Positions 44,703-54,947 of a stretch of 64,000 nt of DNA are shown here, in pieces. Each line of letters starts with the position of its first letter. The stretch's first letter is position 1. Location: positions 8,763-72,762 of the forward strand of contig JBBPIK010000006.1 in NCBI GenBank assembly GCA_038040415.1, in the 5' to 3' direction. Made by a program: the position numbers and the translations under genes. The notes under the pieces are model-generated. The model did no database searches and was not told where the DNA came from. It saw nothing but the letters and a program-made list of their open reading frames with translations. This stretch comes from Actinomycetota bacterium. Lineage in GTDB: Bacteria; Actinomycetota; Thermoleophilia; Solirubrobacterales; 70-9.

Positions 44703-45884
44703 CTAGCGAACGCCCTCGGGGCGCTCGCCAAGCTCCACGTCGAGACTCCGGGTCTCCCCGTCGCGGACGATCTCCACCGTCACCGTGTCGCCGGGGTCGT
44801 GCTGTGCGATCAGCCTGGGGAGGTCGGTCTCGCCGACGATCTCGTCACCGTCGACGGCGACGATCACGTCGCCTCCCGTCGTCGCCCGCAGGCCCTGGAA
44901 CTCGATTTCCTGCTTCCCCGCCTCCAGGCCAGCGTCCGCGGCCGGGCTGCCATCGACCACCTTGGTCACCAGCGCACCCGTGCTGCGGTCCAGCCCCAGC
45001 CGGTCAGCGAGCTGCGGGTAGAGCGACTGGGTGGTGACCCCGATGTAGGCGTACTTCACGCTGCCGTTCTCGCGCAGCTGGTCGATGGAGCGCGCGACGA
45101 GGGCAACCGGGACAGCGAAGCCGACGCCCTCGTTGCCGCCCGAGGTCGTGTTGATCTGCTGGTCGATGCCGATCACGTGGCCGTCGGCATCGAGCAACGG
45201 GCCGCCCGAGTTGCCCGGGTTGATCGAGGCGTCCGTCTGGATCGCACCGTCGATCTGAAACTGGGTCAGCGACTGGATCGAGCGATTCGTGGCCGAGACG
45301 ACGCCAACCGAGAGCGACCGGTCCTCGCCGAACGGGCTGCCGATCGCCGCCACCGGCTGTCCGACCTTGACCTCCTCGTCGGTCGCGAGCTCAAGGGGGC
45401 GCAGGTCGAGGCCGTCCGGGTCGACCTTGAGGAGCGCCACGTCGGCGTGCGGGTCGAAGCCGACGATGTCCGCCGCCACTTGGTTGCGGTCGGCAAACTG
45501 GACGTAGACCTCCTTCGCCTCCTGGATCGGGCCGCCCCCAGCCGACCCGTCGGTGACCACATGGGCGTTGGTAGCGATCTCGCCGGCGTCCGAGACGACG
45601 AAGCCCGATCCCAGCGCCGCCGATCCACCGCCGTCGAGCAGGCTGGTGCCGCCGCCGGACAGGATCGAGCGAACCGTGACCACACCCGGGGCGGCCTGCT
45701 GGTAGATCGCCTGCGGATCGAAGGCGCCGTCACGGGACTGGACCACGACGGTCTTCTGGGAATTGTCGGAGGAGGTGACGGTGGCCTCGGAGCTGGCTGC
45801 GCCGGAGTCGTCCCCGCCGCACGCCCCCAGCGCCAGCGCCACGATCGCAAGCAGCGCGCCCAGCGCCGCGCGCCTCCGGCTCAT
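44703..45884 (-). CDS. HtrA/DegP-type serine protease with PDZ domain, lipoprotein signal
   Basis: LAIVALALGACGG provides the lipoprotein signal. The catalytic triad context is TNAHVV, DVALLKV and GNSGGPL. A C-terminal PDZ domain is present. The ATGA start overlaps the kinase gene. Confidence 0.9.
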   Translation of the reverse strand: MSRRRAALGALLAIVALALGACGGDDSGAASSEATVTSSDNSQKTVVVQSRDGAFDPQAIYQQAAPGVVTVRSILSGGGTSLLDGGGSAALGSGFVVSDAGEIATNAHVVTDGSAGGGPIQEAKEVYVQFADRNQVAADIVGFDPHADVALLKVDPDGLDLRPLELATDEEVKVGQPVAAIGSPFGEDRSLSVGVVSATNRSIQSLTQFQIDGAIQTDASINPGNSGGPLLDADGHVIGIDQQINTTSGGNEGVGFAVPVALVARSIDQLRENGSVKYAYIGVTTQSLYPQLADRLGLDRSTGALVTKVVDGSPAADAGLEAGKQEIEFQGLRATTGGDVIVAVDGDEIVGETDLPRLIAQHDPGDTVTVEIVRDGETRSLDVELGERPEGVR

Positions 45885-46840
45885 GTGGAGGCACCCTGGG
45901 TGCCACCGGTTGGCAGGCGCAGCGTGAACTCCGTGCGCCCGCTGTGCGACGCCAGCCCCAGCTCGCCGTCCATCAGCATCGCCAGCTCGCGAGCGATCGC
46001 CAGGCCGAGCCCGGAGCCGCTCACCCGATCGCCCGTGTAGAAGCGGTCGAAGACCCGCGTGTACACCTGAGGGTCGATTCCCGGGCCGTCGTCGGTGACA
46101 ACGAGGTTCGCGTCCCCGTCCGGGCGTTGAGCCACGATCGAGATCGAGGTTCCGTGCGGCGTATGAGTGAGCGCATTGTCGACCAGGATACGCATGATCT
46201 GCGCGACCCGATCGGGGTCGGCCATTGCCACGGCGGCGTGCTCGCCGTTGACCTCGATGGGCGATCCGTGGCGCTCAGCCGCCGGTCCGAACTCCTCCGC
46301 GACCCGTCCCGCAAGCTCCCCCAGGTCAATGGGCTCAGGGTTGACCTGGAGCACATCGGCGTCGAGCTTGGAGAGGTCGAGGAGATCGGCGGTGAGCTTG
46401 GTGAGTCGCTTCACCTGCTCGCGCATCGTTCGCACGAACTCCTCCCGGACCGCCGGGTCCGGCTCGTCCTCGTCGAGCAACTCGACGAAGCCCCCCAGCG
46501 AGAAGATCGGCGTCCGCAGCTCGTGAGAGGCGTTGGCGATGAACTCCTTGCGCGCCTGGTCGAGCCGAGCGAGCCGCTGGCGCATCCCGTCGAGGGTGCT
46601 GGCGAGCTGGCCGACCTCGTCGGTTCCCTCGTCCGGGATAGGGGTGGAGAAATCCCCCTCGGCGACCTGCTCCGCGGCGGTTTCCAACCGGCGAAGCCGC
46701 TTCGCGTGCGCTCGGGCGGCGATCCATCCCACCGCCAGCGCCGCCAGGGCAATCAATCCGGCGTACACGTCGATGAACCCGATCGCCGCAGCGGTGATCA
46801 CGAAGAACAGCGCCGCGAGGCGATTGCGAACCCGGTTCAT
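45881..46840 (-). CDS. sensor histidine kinase (HAMP-HisKA-HATPase, minimal membrane anchor)
   Basis: The H-box is SHELRTP, the N-box is VDNALTHT, and the G-boxes are DDGPGI and GSGLGLAIA. Two closely spaced TM segments leave no obvious extracellular loop. Confidence 0.9.
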   Translation of the reverse strand: MNRVRNRLAALFFVITAAAIGFIDVYAGLIALAALAVGWIAARAHAKRLRRLETAAEQVAEGDFSTPIPDEGTDEVGQLASTLDGMRQRLARLDQARKEFIANASHELRTPIFSLGGFVELLDEDEPDPAVREEFVRTMREQVKRLTKLTADLLDLSKLDADVLQVNPEPIDLGELAGRVAEEFGPAAERHGSPIEVNGEHAAVAMADPDRVAQIMRILVDNALTHTPHGTSISIVAQRPDGDANLVVTDDGPGIDPQVYTRVFDRFYTGDRVSGSGLGLAIARELAMLMDGELGLASHSGRTEFTLRLPTGGTQGAST

Positions 46841-47544
46841 TCGTCCCGGTCGCGGAAGCGATAGCCGACGCCTCGGACCGTGAACAGGTACTCGGGGGCA
46901 CGAGGGTCGCGCTCGAGCTTCTCGCGCAGATGCCGGATGTGGACGTCGATCGTGCGGGGGTCGCGGTAGGCCGACTCGCCCCAGGCCTGCTCCAGGAGCA
47001 TGTCCCTCGTGTGCACCCTGCCGGGCGAGCGGGCAAGCACGGCGAGGAGCTCGAACTCGATGTAGGTGAGGCGCGTCTGCTCCCCGCGCATGCTGACGAT
47101 TCGCCGTTCGAAATCGATCCGGAGGTCGCCGGCGACCACCGGCTCGTCCGAGCCCGGACGCGCGCCCAACATCTCCGACCGGCGCAGCGTCGCTCGGACA
47201 CGGCTGCGGAACTCACGCACCGAAAAGGGCTTCGTGATGTAGTCGTCGGCGCCCATCTCGAGGCCGAGCACCTTGTCGATCTCGTCGTCCTTGGCGGTCA
47301 GCATGATGATCGGCACCTGGCTGCGGCTGCGCATGCGCCGGCAGACTTCGATCCCGTCCAGCTTCGGCAGCATGATGTCGAGGACGACCAAGTCGAACCG
47401 CTGTTCTGCGAAGCGGTCGAGTGCCTCGCGGCCGTCCTGTGCCGTCACGACCTCGAAGCCGTCCTTGCGAAGCGGATACGCGAGCAGGGTCTGGACCGAC
47501 TGCTCGTCGTCGACCAGCAAGATGCGAGCCGCTCCCTCCGACAT
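46837..47544 (-). CDS. OmpR-family response regulator
   Basis: The receiver domain has ILLVDDE, LVVLDIMLP and TAKD, followed by a winged-helix output domain (TVRGVGYRF). The start is ATG 47544. Confidence 0.9.
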   Translation of the reverse strand: MSEGAARILLVDDEQSVQTLLAYPLRKDGFEVVTAQDGREALDRFAEQRFDLVVLDIMLPKLDGIEVCRRMRSRSQVPIIMLTAKDDEIDKVLGLEMGADDYITKPFSVREFRSRVRATLRRSEMLGARPGSDEPVVAGDLRIDFERRIVSMRGEQTRLTYIEFELLAVLARSPGRVHTRDMLLEQAWGESAYRDPRTIDVHIRHLREKLERDPRAPEYLFTVRGVGYRFRDRDE

Positions 47545-47570
47545 TCTCAAAGGGTAGTTTGCGTCGCCCG

Positions 47571-49256
47571 GTGGTCGGGATCAACTTTCGCATCTACCGT
47601 GCCGCGTTCGCGCCGGCGCTGGCGACGGTCGTGGTGCTGCTGTTCTCGCTTCAGGGGCGGCCCGCGCCGCTGCCGCCCGTGGTCGCCTCCGCGGAGTTCG
47701 ACGAGCACGCGGCGGCCCAGATCGACCGCCAGATCGTCGACGCCGCGCCCGTCCGCACGCCCGGGAGCGAGGACGACGGGGTGGCCGCCGACCTGGTCGC
47801 AAGCCGGTTCGGAAGCATCCCCGAAGGCCAGGTCACCGAACAGCGGTTCGACCACGACTTCGACGGAGAGCAGGTCGAGCTTCGCAACCTGATCCTGACC
47901 CTGCCCGGCGAGTCGGCTCGCAGCGTGGTGGTGCTCGCCGCACGGGACTCGGCAAGCGGCCCCGGCGCAGCCTCGAGCGCGGCCGCCACCGCGACCCTGC
48001 TCGAGCTGGTCGACAAGCTCCGCACCTCCAGGCACACGAAGACGCTGGTCTTCGTCTCCACCGACGGCGGCAGCGACGGGGCCGCCGGGGCTCGGGAGTT
48101 CGCGGAGCGCTACGCCGAGCGGGACCTGATCGACGGGGCTGTCGTGCTATGGCAGCCCGGCTCGGCCACCCCCCGCGAGCCGTCCCTCCTCGACGCCTCT
48201 GACGGCTCGCAGAGTCCCTCCGCCCAGCTCGTGCGCACAGCGGAGCGTGCGCTCAGCGAGCAGGCCGGCCGCCAGCCCCAGCTCGAAGGCCTGTTCGGAG
48301 AGCTGTCACGGCTGGCACTCCCGAGCGGGCTCTCAGAGCAGGCCGTGCTGATCGAGCACGGCATCGACGCCGTGGGCCTCTCCTCCGCCGGGGAGCGGCC
48401 GCTGCCGGTTGCCGACGACCAACCCGATGACCTCTCGGCCGCAACCATCGGGGGTCTGGGACGGACGGCCCTGCTTTTGGTGGCCACCCTCGACGCCACC
48501 GCAGCGCCGCCGGAGCACGGCCCCGCCACCTACCTGACCCTGGCGGGAAACCTGGTCCCGGGCTGGACCCTCGGGCTCCTGGCGCTGACGCTGCTCCTGC
48601 CGCCCGCACTCGCCTCGCTGGACGCGATGCGGCAAGCGTTCCGGCGCGGAGCAGCGTCGCGCTCGGCGCTTGCCTGGTCAGCGTCCCGGTCGCTGCCTCT
48701 GCTTGCCGCCCTGCTCCTCCTCTACCTGCTCGCCATAACCGGGATCGTCGCCAGGCCCGCGTTTCCCTTCGATCCCAACCGCTTTCGAGTCGGAGCCGGA
48801 CAGATCGTCGCAATGACCCTCCTGGCGACCGTGATCGCGGCCGGCTATTACGAGATCCAAGGCTGGCGCGTGCCGGCGGACCTGCCCCGCGAGCCGGCCG
48901 CTGCGGCACTCGGCCTGGTCTCCGCGTTCGCCGTGCTGCTCGCCTGGCTCGCGAATCCGTACCTGGCGCTTCTGCTCGTCCCGGCGGCACACGTCTGGCT
49001 GCTCGGCGCACTCCGAGCGGGCCCTCTCCCATGGCCGGCAGCGCTGGGGGCGATCGTTGTCTCGCTGCTGCCCATGGCCGCGGCCGTCCTCCTCCTCATC
49101 GAGAGGCTGGACCTGGGGGCCGGCGCACCCTGGCACCTGCTCCTGATGGTGGGAGCCGGCCAGATCGGCTTCGGTGAGATGCTCGCCCTCTGCCTGCTGG
49201 GGGGGTCCCTGGTGGGGCTGGTGGCGCTGGCAGTGCGCCCGGTGGCACGCTGGTGA
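47571..49256 (+). CDS. membrane protein with degenerate M28-peptidase-like ectodomain
   Basis: The start, GTG 47571 or TTG 47559, lies after the divergent regulator gene. The ectodomain block VVVLAARDSASGPGAASSAAATATLLELVDKL...TLVFVSTDGGSDGAAGAREF follows the M28 layout, but the usual His, Asp and Glu metal ligands are not evident. About seven C-terminal TM segments follow. Confidence 0.5.
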   Translation: MVGINFRIYRAAFAPALATVVVLLFSLQGRPAPLPPVVASAEFDEHAAAQIDRQIVDAAPVRTPGSEDDGVAADLVASRFGSIPEGQVTEQRFDHDFDGEQVELRNLILTLPGESARSVVVLAARDSASGPGAASSAAATATLLELVDKLRTSRHTKTLVFVSTDGGSDGAAGAREFAERYAERDLIDGAVVLWQPGSATPREPSLLDASDGSQSPSAQLVRTAERALSEQAGRQPQLEGLFGELSRLALPSGLSEQAVLIEHGIDAVGLSSAGERPLPVADDQPDDLSAATIGGLGRTALLLVATLDATAAPPEHGPATYLTLAGNLVPGWTLGLLALTLLLPPALASLDAMRQAFRRGAASRSALAWSASRSLPLLAALLLLYLLAITGIVARPAFPFDPNRFRVGAGQIVAMTLLATVIAAGYYEIQGWRVPADLPREPAAAALGLVSAFAVLLAWLANPYLALLLVPAAHVWLLGALRAGPLPWPAALGAIVVSLLPMAAAVLLLIERLDLGAGAPWHLLLMVGAGQIGFGEMLALCLLGGSLVGLVALAVRPVARW

Positions 49257-49302
49257 CCTGGACGCATCTACGATCCCGCCGCAGGGCCCGGATGACGATC
49301 TA

Positions 49303-49539
49303 GTGGATGAAGATCAACGGGCCGGCGAACCCCACCCTCCCACACCGGACCCTCCCACGACTCACAAAGGCGACAGAGTGACCCGACTAAAGCAACAGCT
49401 CGCTGGCGGCGAGTACCGCGTGGACGCGGATGCCGTCGCCCGGGAGATGCTGTTCAAGCTGCAGTTGGCCAGCCTTAGCCGCCGGGCGCTCGTCTCGTAT
49501 TCCACGGGACGAGCCGCCCGGCCGCGCCCGGCTCGCTAA
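49303..49539 (+). CDS. FlgM-like anti-sigma factor domain protein (tentative)
   Basis: A GTG at 49303 lies in the frame of ORF 49174..49539. RLKQQLAGGEYRVDADAVAREML resembles the FlgM C-terminal helix pattern. Confidence 0.35.
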   Translation: MDEDQRAGEPHPPTPDPPTTHKGDRVTRLKQQLAGGEYRVDADAVAREMLFKLQLASLSRRALVSYSTGRAARPRPAR

Positions 49540-49564
49540 CACCACTGACCCGCATCCGCACCTT

Positions 49565-50572
49565 TCACGGCTGAAGCTGATCGAAGCCGACCGGCTCGTG
49601 CTCGGCGCCGTCGGCGGCCTGCAGCAAAACGCCGCCCCCCTCCTCCACGGCGCCGATTGGGGTCAAAGCGGAGCCGGTCGCCGCGACTTCGGCGGTCGCC
49701 TGCCGCGCGCGCTCGACCGGCAGCGCGACCAGGAGCTCGTAGTCCTCCCCCCGCCCCATGGCCAGATCGTGCGCATCGCCGCCCGCGGCGGACGCCACCT
49801 CGCGGACGCCCGCCTGCAGAGGCAGCCGCTCCAACTCGATTGCAAGCCGGACGCCGCTCGCCGCCGCGAGGTGAGCGGCGTCGCCGCCGAGACCGTCGCT
49901 CAGGTCGATCATCGCGCTTGCCCCGGCGGCCGCGAGAGCGCAACCGGCGGCGAGTCGCGGACGCGGCTCCAGCTGGCGGCGGCGAAGGTCATCGGCGACC
50001 TCGGCTTCGACGACGCCCGCCAGCTCGGGACGCTCCAGCATCAGCAGCCCGGCCGCCGCGCCCCCGAGCTCGCCGGTGACGGCCAGCAGGTCGCCGGGGG
50101 CGGCCCCCCCGCGGCGCACCAGTTGCTCCGCCGAGTCGGCGTGGCCAACCACCGTGATCGCCACCCAAAGCACCGGGGCGCGGGTCACGTCGCCGCCCAG
50201 CACGGCCACGTCGTGCTCGGCCGCCACCTCGGCGAGGCCCTCGCCAAGCTCGAGGCAACCCGCCTGGTCGAGATCGTCAGGGACGCCGAGCTGCACGTAG
50301 GCCTCGCCGGGCACCGCGCCCATGGCCGCCAGGTCGGAGAGCGCCACCGCGAGCGCCTTTCGCCCCACGGAGCGAAGCGGCGCGGTCTGGCGGCGAAAGT
50401 GGACACCGTCGACGAGCGAGTCGACCGAGGTGGCCGTGGCGCCCTTCGGCACGGTGACGGCGGCGTCGTCGCCGCTCGGGATGGCGACCTCGGCGCGCCC
50501 GGTGGAGGATCGGCGGCGGCGGGCGTCGTCGACCATCTCGACCAGCCGCGCGATCAGATCGAACTCGTTCAT
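49565..50572 (-). CDS. thiL: thiamine-monophosphate kinase
   Basis: MNEFDLIARL, GDDAAV, LVDGVHF, ALAVALSDLAAMGA and LGGD are present. Confidence 0.9.
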   Translation of the reverse strand: MNEFDLIARLVEMVDDARRRRSSTGRAEVAIPSGDDAAVTVPKGATATSVDSLVDGVHFRRQTAPLRSVGRKALAVALSDLAAMGAVPGEAYVQLGVPDDLDQAGCLELGEGLAEVAAEHDVAVLGGDVTRAPVLWVAITVVGHADSAEQLVRRGGAAPGDLLAVTGELGGAAAGLLMLERPELAGVVEAEVADDLRRRQLEPRPRLAAGCALAAAGASAMIDLSDGLGGDAAHLAAASGVRLAIELERLPLQAGVREVASAAGGDAHDLAMGRGEDYELLVALPVERARQATAEVAATGSALTPIGAVEEGGGVLLQAADGAEHEPVGFDQLQP

Positions 50573-50611
50573 GCCAACGTTAGTTTCGTCGTTCGTCGTT
50601 CCGTTTACCGC

Positions 50612-51871
50612 TCATGCGGGAACGGCGACTGACAACTGGTAGGCGCAAAGCGCCAGGGTGAGCGCGACCAGGACGCGGTCGCGAGCCACGGCCACCAGCG
50701 GCAGCGCCCAGACCAGGTACCAGGGGGTCAGGTAGGCGGTCGCGCAGAGCAGGCCGAGCGCCGCCCAGGCGGTCGCCCGCACCCAGTCGCCTCCGCGGGC
50801 GGTCCAGGCCAAGAGCCAGACGACGCCGATGCCGTAGGCGGCCGCCAGGACGCCCCGCGTCAGGGAGAGGTCGAGCCCGGCGATCCGGGCGGCGGTTGCC
50901 GGAACACTGTGATAGCTGACCGTCTCCTGGCTGCCGGTGAAGGCAGAGAACCCGTGCAGGGCCGAGGTACCGAACACCGCCAACCCGACGCCGACCGCCA
51001 GGGCGGCGGCGACCGCGGCTCCGGCGAGCAGCCGTGCGCGCCGCCGCGCAGTCCGGGCGCCAAGCAGGGCGAACGGCGCGGCCAGCGCCGCCGGGGCCTT
51101 GATCGCGACGCCGGCCACCATGGACGCTCCGCCGCCGGCCTCGCTGGCGCCGAGCACCAGGGCGATGCCCGCGAGCACAGCGAGGGCCATCAGGCCGTCG
51201 TTGTGCGGGCCGCCGATCACGTGCACGAGCACCAGCGGGTTGAGCGCCACCAGGGCGGCCGCGGGTGCCGGGGCGATTCCGCGGGCCGCGGCCAGGCGGG
51301 CGACCAGCGCGGCGATCCCCAGCACCGAGAGGGCCGAGACCGCCTTCAGCACCCACAGCGCCCCCGGCACCCCGATCAGACCCAGCGGGTAGGTGGCGAG
51401 GGTGAACAGCGGGCCGTAGACGCTCGTCGCCTGCCGGTAGTCCTCCACCCGAGAGGCGGCGAGATCGTCCGGGATCGCGGCCGGGGCGAAGTCGTAGGGG
51501 TTCAGCCCGTGAAGGGTTCCCAGGCGAGCGTAGGAGATGTAGCTGAACACGTCCAGCGACAGAAGCGGTGGCGCCAACGCGAACGCCGCCGTGCCGCATA
51601 CGACTGCCCAGCCCACGACGCGGCGACCGAGAGCGCCCGCGCTGGCGACCACGCCGAGGTAGGCGATGAAGGCAATCCAGAGCGCGGTCAGGTAGGCATT
51701 GCCGCCGATCTGGAGACCGTCGCCGTAGACGCCGAGAAGCCACCCGGGCGAGCCGGCGTTCGTGCCCGGGACCAAGTCGGCCCCGGGAGCGGCCAGCGGG
51801 ATCGCGGCGGCGGCGAGCGTGCCGAGCGCGACAGCGCCCACCGCCCTTCGCCAGTTAGTGGGGCCTCTCAT
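50612..51871 (-). CDS. DUF2029/GT87-like polytopic membrane protein (candidate polyprenol-dependent glycosyltransferase)
   Basis: The ATG at 51871 begins a 419-aa product with at least 10 TM segments. LSLDVFSYISYARLG, NPYD, SVYGPLF and GGPHND resemble the mannosyltransferase-like DUF2029 pattern. Confidence 0.55.
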   Translation of the reverse strand: MRGPTNWRRAVGAVALGTLAAAAIPLAAPGADLVPGTNAGSPGWLLGVYGDGLQIGGNAYLTALWIAFIAYLGVVASAGALGRRVVGWAVVCGTAAFALAPPLLSLDVFSYISYARLGTLHGLNPYDFAPAAIPDDLAASRVEDYRQATSVYGPLFTLATYPLGLIGVPGALWVLKAVSALSVLGIAALVARLAAARGIAPAPAAALVALNPLVLVHVIGGPHNDGLMALAVLAGIALVLGASEAGGGASMVAGVAIKAPAALAAPFALLGARTARRRARLLAGAAVAAALAVGVGLAVFGTSALHGFSAFTGSQETVSYHSVPATAARIAGLDLSLTRGVLAAAYGIGVVWLLAWTARGGDWVRATAWAALGLLCATAYLTPWYLVWALPLVAVARDRVLVALTLALCAYQLSVAVPA

Positions 51872-51885
51872 TACCCCACCAGGTC

Positions 51886-54039
51886 TCAGGGCGGGCCCTC
51901 GCCCCCGGTCCCCGCGCCTCCCCCGGAGCCGCCAGGGGATCCCGCACCGCCGCCCAGGCTCGGCGCGGGGCCCTCCCCGGCGCCGGGCGCGTAGAGGTCG
52001 GACGGGTACTGGCCGTTCCCACCGCCGGAGCCCTGGTTGCCGTTCCTGGGGCCGGATGGGGAAACGGGCCTTCCGGTGCCGCCGTAAGAGGGGGTGGCGC
52101 TCGGCTGGCCGACGGTGTGCGAGCCGCTCCAAGCCGAGAACTCAGCCGGGTTCTCGGGGGCCGGAAAGTCCGGGCAGTCGCCGCCCTGCGCCGCCAGCAT
52201 GTAGTCGTGCCACACGGGCGCCGCGTAGGTTCCGCCGAAGGCGCCTGAGCCCATCGACGTCCTGGCGTTCGGGTAGCCGACCCAGACCGCGGTCGAAAAG
52301 CGCGGCGTGTAGCCCACGAACCAGGCGTCCGTGTAGTCGTCGGTGGTGCCCGTCTTGCCCGCCTGGCCGGCGCAACCGATGCTCGCCGCGGTGCCCGTCC
52401 CCGAGGTGATCACGCCCTTGAGCACGTCGGTCACCTCGTAGGCGACCCCGTCGGAGAAGGCCCGCGTGCGCTCCTCCTCGCTGGGCACGTCGGTGTCGCC
52501 GTTCGGGAACTCGACCTTGCTGATCGCCGTCGCCGTGTTTCGAATACCGCCGCTCGCAAGCGTCGCGTATGCATTCGACATCTCCAGCGGCGTGACCCCG
52601 ATCCGCAGACCACCGATGCCCTCGGCCGGAAACCCGTCGAGGTGGGTGGTGACGCCCATGTCGTAGGCCGTCTCGCGGACCTCGTCGGGCCCCACGTCCA
52701 GGTCGAGCTGGGCGAAGATCGCGTTGACCGAGTGCACGGTGGCATCCTGGACGCTCATCGTCCCCGCGCCTCCTCCCTCGGCGTTGTTGACGGTCCAGGT
52801 CGTGATCCCGTCATCCAGCGTCAGGGTGACCGGGGCCTTGCCCGAGTAGTAGGTCGAATCGGGGTCCATGCCCTGGCGGACCGCCGCCGTCAGCACGAAC
52901 GGCTTGAACGAGGAGCCGGCCTGCCGGTGTCCCTGAGCCGCGAGGTTGAACTGGCTGGTCTCGAAGCTCCCCGACGACGCCATCGCGACGATGTGGCCGT
53001 TTGATGGATCGATCGAGACGAGCGCCGAGGCGGGGCCGCTGGGGTCATTCCAGTGGCTCTGGATCGCTTGATGCGCGGCGGCTTGAAGCGTGGGGTCGAT
53101 CGTCGTGTAGATCTTCAACCCCCCGTTCCTCACCGTGTTGACCCCGTACCTGTCGATCAGCTCCTGGGTGACGTAGTCGAAGAAGTAGGGCTCGCGGATG
53201 GTCTCGTACTTGTGGCCACGATCGAGCTCGAGCCCCGCCTGGAGCGCCTGCTCGTAATCGCTCTGGGTGATGTATCCCTGCTTGGCCATCGCCTTGAGCA
53301 CGTCGTTTCGCCGCGACACCGCCCCCTTCGGGTTCAGGAACGGGTTGTACTCGGAGGGCGCCTGCGGCAGGCCGGCGATCAGCGCCGCCTCGGGCAGGTC
53401 CAGGCGCGAGACCGACTTCGAGAAATAGGTCTCGGCGGCGGCCTGGACGCCCACCGCAGTGCGACCGTCGGTGGTCCCGTACGAGGCAGTGTTCAGGTAC
53501 TTCGTGAGGATCTGCGTCTTCGAGTACTCCCGCTCGTACTCCTCGGCCCAGGTCGCCTCGCGGATCTTCCGCTCAATCGTCTCCTCCGGGTCCGCGATGT
53601 AGAGGTTGCGGACGAGCTGCTGGGTGATCGTCGAGCCGCCCTGAACCGCAGCGCCGGCCTTCAGGTCCTCCCATCCAGCGCGCACGATCGCCCCGTAGTC
53701 GATCCCGCCGTGCTCGTAGAAGTGCTCGTCCTCGATCGCCACCGTCGCGTGGTCGAGGACCTGGGGGATCTTCTTGGCGGATACCGGGTGCCGGATCGTG
53801 TCCGACTGGATATAGCCCAGGCGGCCGCCGTCGGCTGTGAAGACGACCGAGTTGGCGCCCTCCTTGACGGGCTTCAGCTGGTCGAGCGGGGGAGTGTCGG
53901 CTCGAACGCTGAGCACCCAGATGCCGACCCCGGCCACGGGGATGACGACCAGGGCGACCAGGACGCCGAACGCCACCAGGAGCTTTCGGTTCACCGACCC
54001 CCCCGAGCGACGGTACCTCTTGCGCCCTCGCTGAGTCAT
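51886..54039 (-). CDS. class A penicillin-binding protein (transglycosylase/transpeptidase)
   Basis: The GT51 motifs are AIEDEHFYEHGGID and GGSTITQQL. The transpeptidase motifs are SSFKP and KTGTT. A Gly-rich C-terminal tail is present. Confidence 0.9.
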   Translation of the reverse strand: MTQRGRKRYRRSGGSVNRKLLVAFGVLVALVVIPVAGVGIWVLSVRADTPPLDQLKPVKEGANSVVFTADGGRLGYIQSDTIRHPVSAKKIPQVLDHATVAIEDEHFYEHGGIDYGAIVRAGWEDLKAGAAVQGGSTITQQLVRNLYIADPEETIERKIREATWAEEYEREYSKTQILTKYLNTASYGTTDGRTAVGVQAAAETYFSKSVSRLDLPEAALIAGLPQAPSEYNPFLNPKGAVSRRNDVLKAMAKQGYITQSDYEQALQAGLELDRGHKYETIREPYFFDYVTQELIDRYGVNTVRNGGLKIYTTIDPTLQAAAHQAIQSHWNDPSGPASALVSIDPSNGHIVAMASSGSFETSQFNLAAQGHRQAGSSFKPFVLTAAVRQGMDPDSTYYSGKAPVTLTLDDGITTWTVNNAEGGGAGTMSVQDATVHSVNAIFAQLDLDVGPDEVRETAYDMGVTTHLDGFPAEGIGGLRIGVTPLEMSNAYATLASGGIRNTATAISKVEFPNGDTDVPSEEERTRAFSDGVAYEVTDVLKGVITSGTGTAASIGCAGQAGKTGTTDDYTDAWFVGYTPRFSTAVWVGYPNARTSMGSGAFGGTYAAPVWHDYMLAAQGGDCPDFPAPENPAEFSAWSGSHTVGQPSATPSYGGTGRPVSPSGPRNGNQGSGGGNGQYPSDLYAPGAGEGPAPSLGGGAGSPGGSGGGAGTGGEGPP

Positions 54040-54076
54040 TCGCCTATGGCGGAAAAGGGTAGCTGGGCGGGATCAC

Positions 54077-54865
54077 CTACTCGCCGAACGGCTGATCGAG
54101 CAGGCCCGCATTGCGCAGGGCCTCGTGGGCGCTCTCTCGAAGCTCCGCCTCCTCGTTGCCCACCTGAGTGCGCTCGCGGTCGCGCGGTCCCTTGAGCTCT
54201 ATCCGGACGCCTTCCGGGGTCATCTCGGCGACCGTCACCTCGGCTGCGCCGGCGGGCTTCAGCACGTCGCGGGCGCGCTCCAGGTCGGCGGCGGGCGGGA
54301 CCCAGACCGAGACCGTCGCCGGCGCCGCGCGATCCCCGGTCGAGTGGTTGAAGAGGATGCTGGTCACGACCCTCTCGTTCGGGACCACCATCAGCCGCCC
54401 GTCGCCGGGGTCGATGTAGGTGTAGGAGAGCGTCAGGTCGTCGACCCGGCCGCTGTCCTCCTCGATCGTCACGGTGTCGCCGATCCGGATCGGCTGGGTG
54501 ATGGCGATCAGGATCCCGGCGACCAGGTTGGCCAGCGTCTGGCGCGCCGCGAAGCCCAGCACCAAGCCGAGGACGGCGCTGGAGGCGAGGATCCCGGCGG
54601 CCAGACGTTCGAACTGCGTGAACCGGCTCAGCGCCAGGGCGGCGCCGATCACCAGGATGACCACGAAGAGCAGGCGACGGACGAGGCGCAGCCTGGTCTG
54701 CGCGCTGCGCGACAGCGGCCCCTCGCCCACCTTCGCGGCCACGTGCCCCGCCCTCGCGATCGCCAGGCGGTCGACGGCGAACGCGACGGCGATCGCCACG
54801 CCCATCGTGACCACGGCCGAGATCAGGTCGCTCTGGTCGCTCCAGAAGCTCGCCGTCGGAATCAC
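54077..54865 (-). CDS. small-conductance mechanosensitive channel (MscS family)
   Basis: LANLVAGILIAITQPIRIGD and a beta-domain (GRVDDLTLSYTYI) are present. Confidence 0.85.
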   Translation of the reverse strand: MIPTASFWSDQSDLISAVVTMGVAIAVAFAVDRLAIARAGHVAAKVGEGPLSRSAQTRLRLVRRLLFVVILVIGAALALSRFTQFERLAAGILASSAVLGLVLGFAARQTLANLVAGILIAITQPIRIGDTVTIEEDSGRVDDLTLSYTYIDPGDGRLMVVPNERVVTSILFNHSTGDRAAPATVSVWVPPAADLERARDVLKPAGAAEVTVAEMTPEGVRIELKGPRDRERTQVGNEEAELRESAHEALRNAGLLDQPFGE

Positions 54866-54947
54866 AGCCCGTGACTCTTCCAGAACTCGGCCTCATCGGA
54901 GTTCCCTTCGCCCTCGCTCGGGCTGGTTCCTCCGTGAGAATGCCTCC

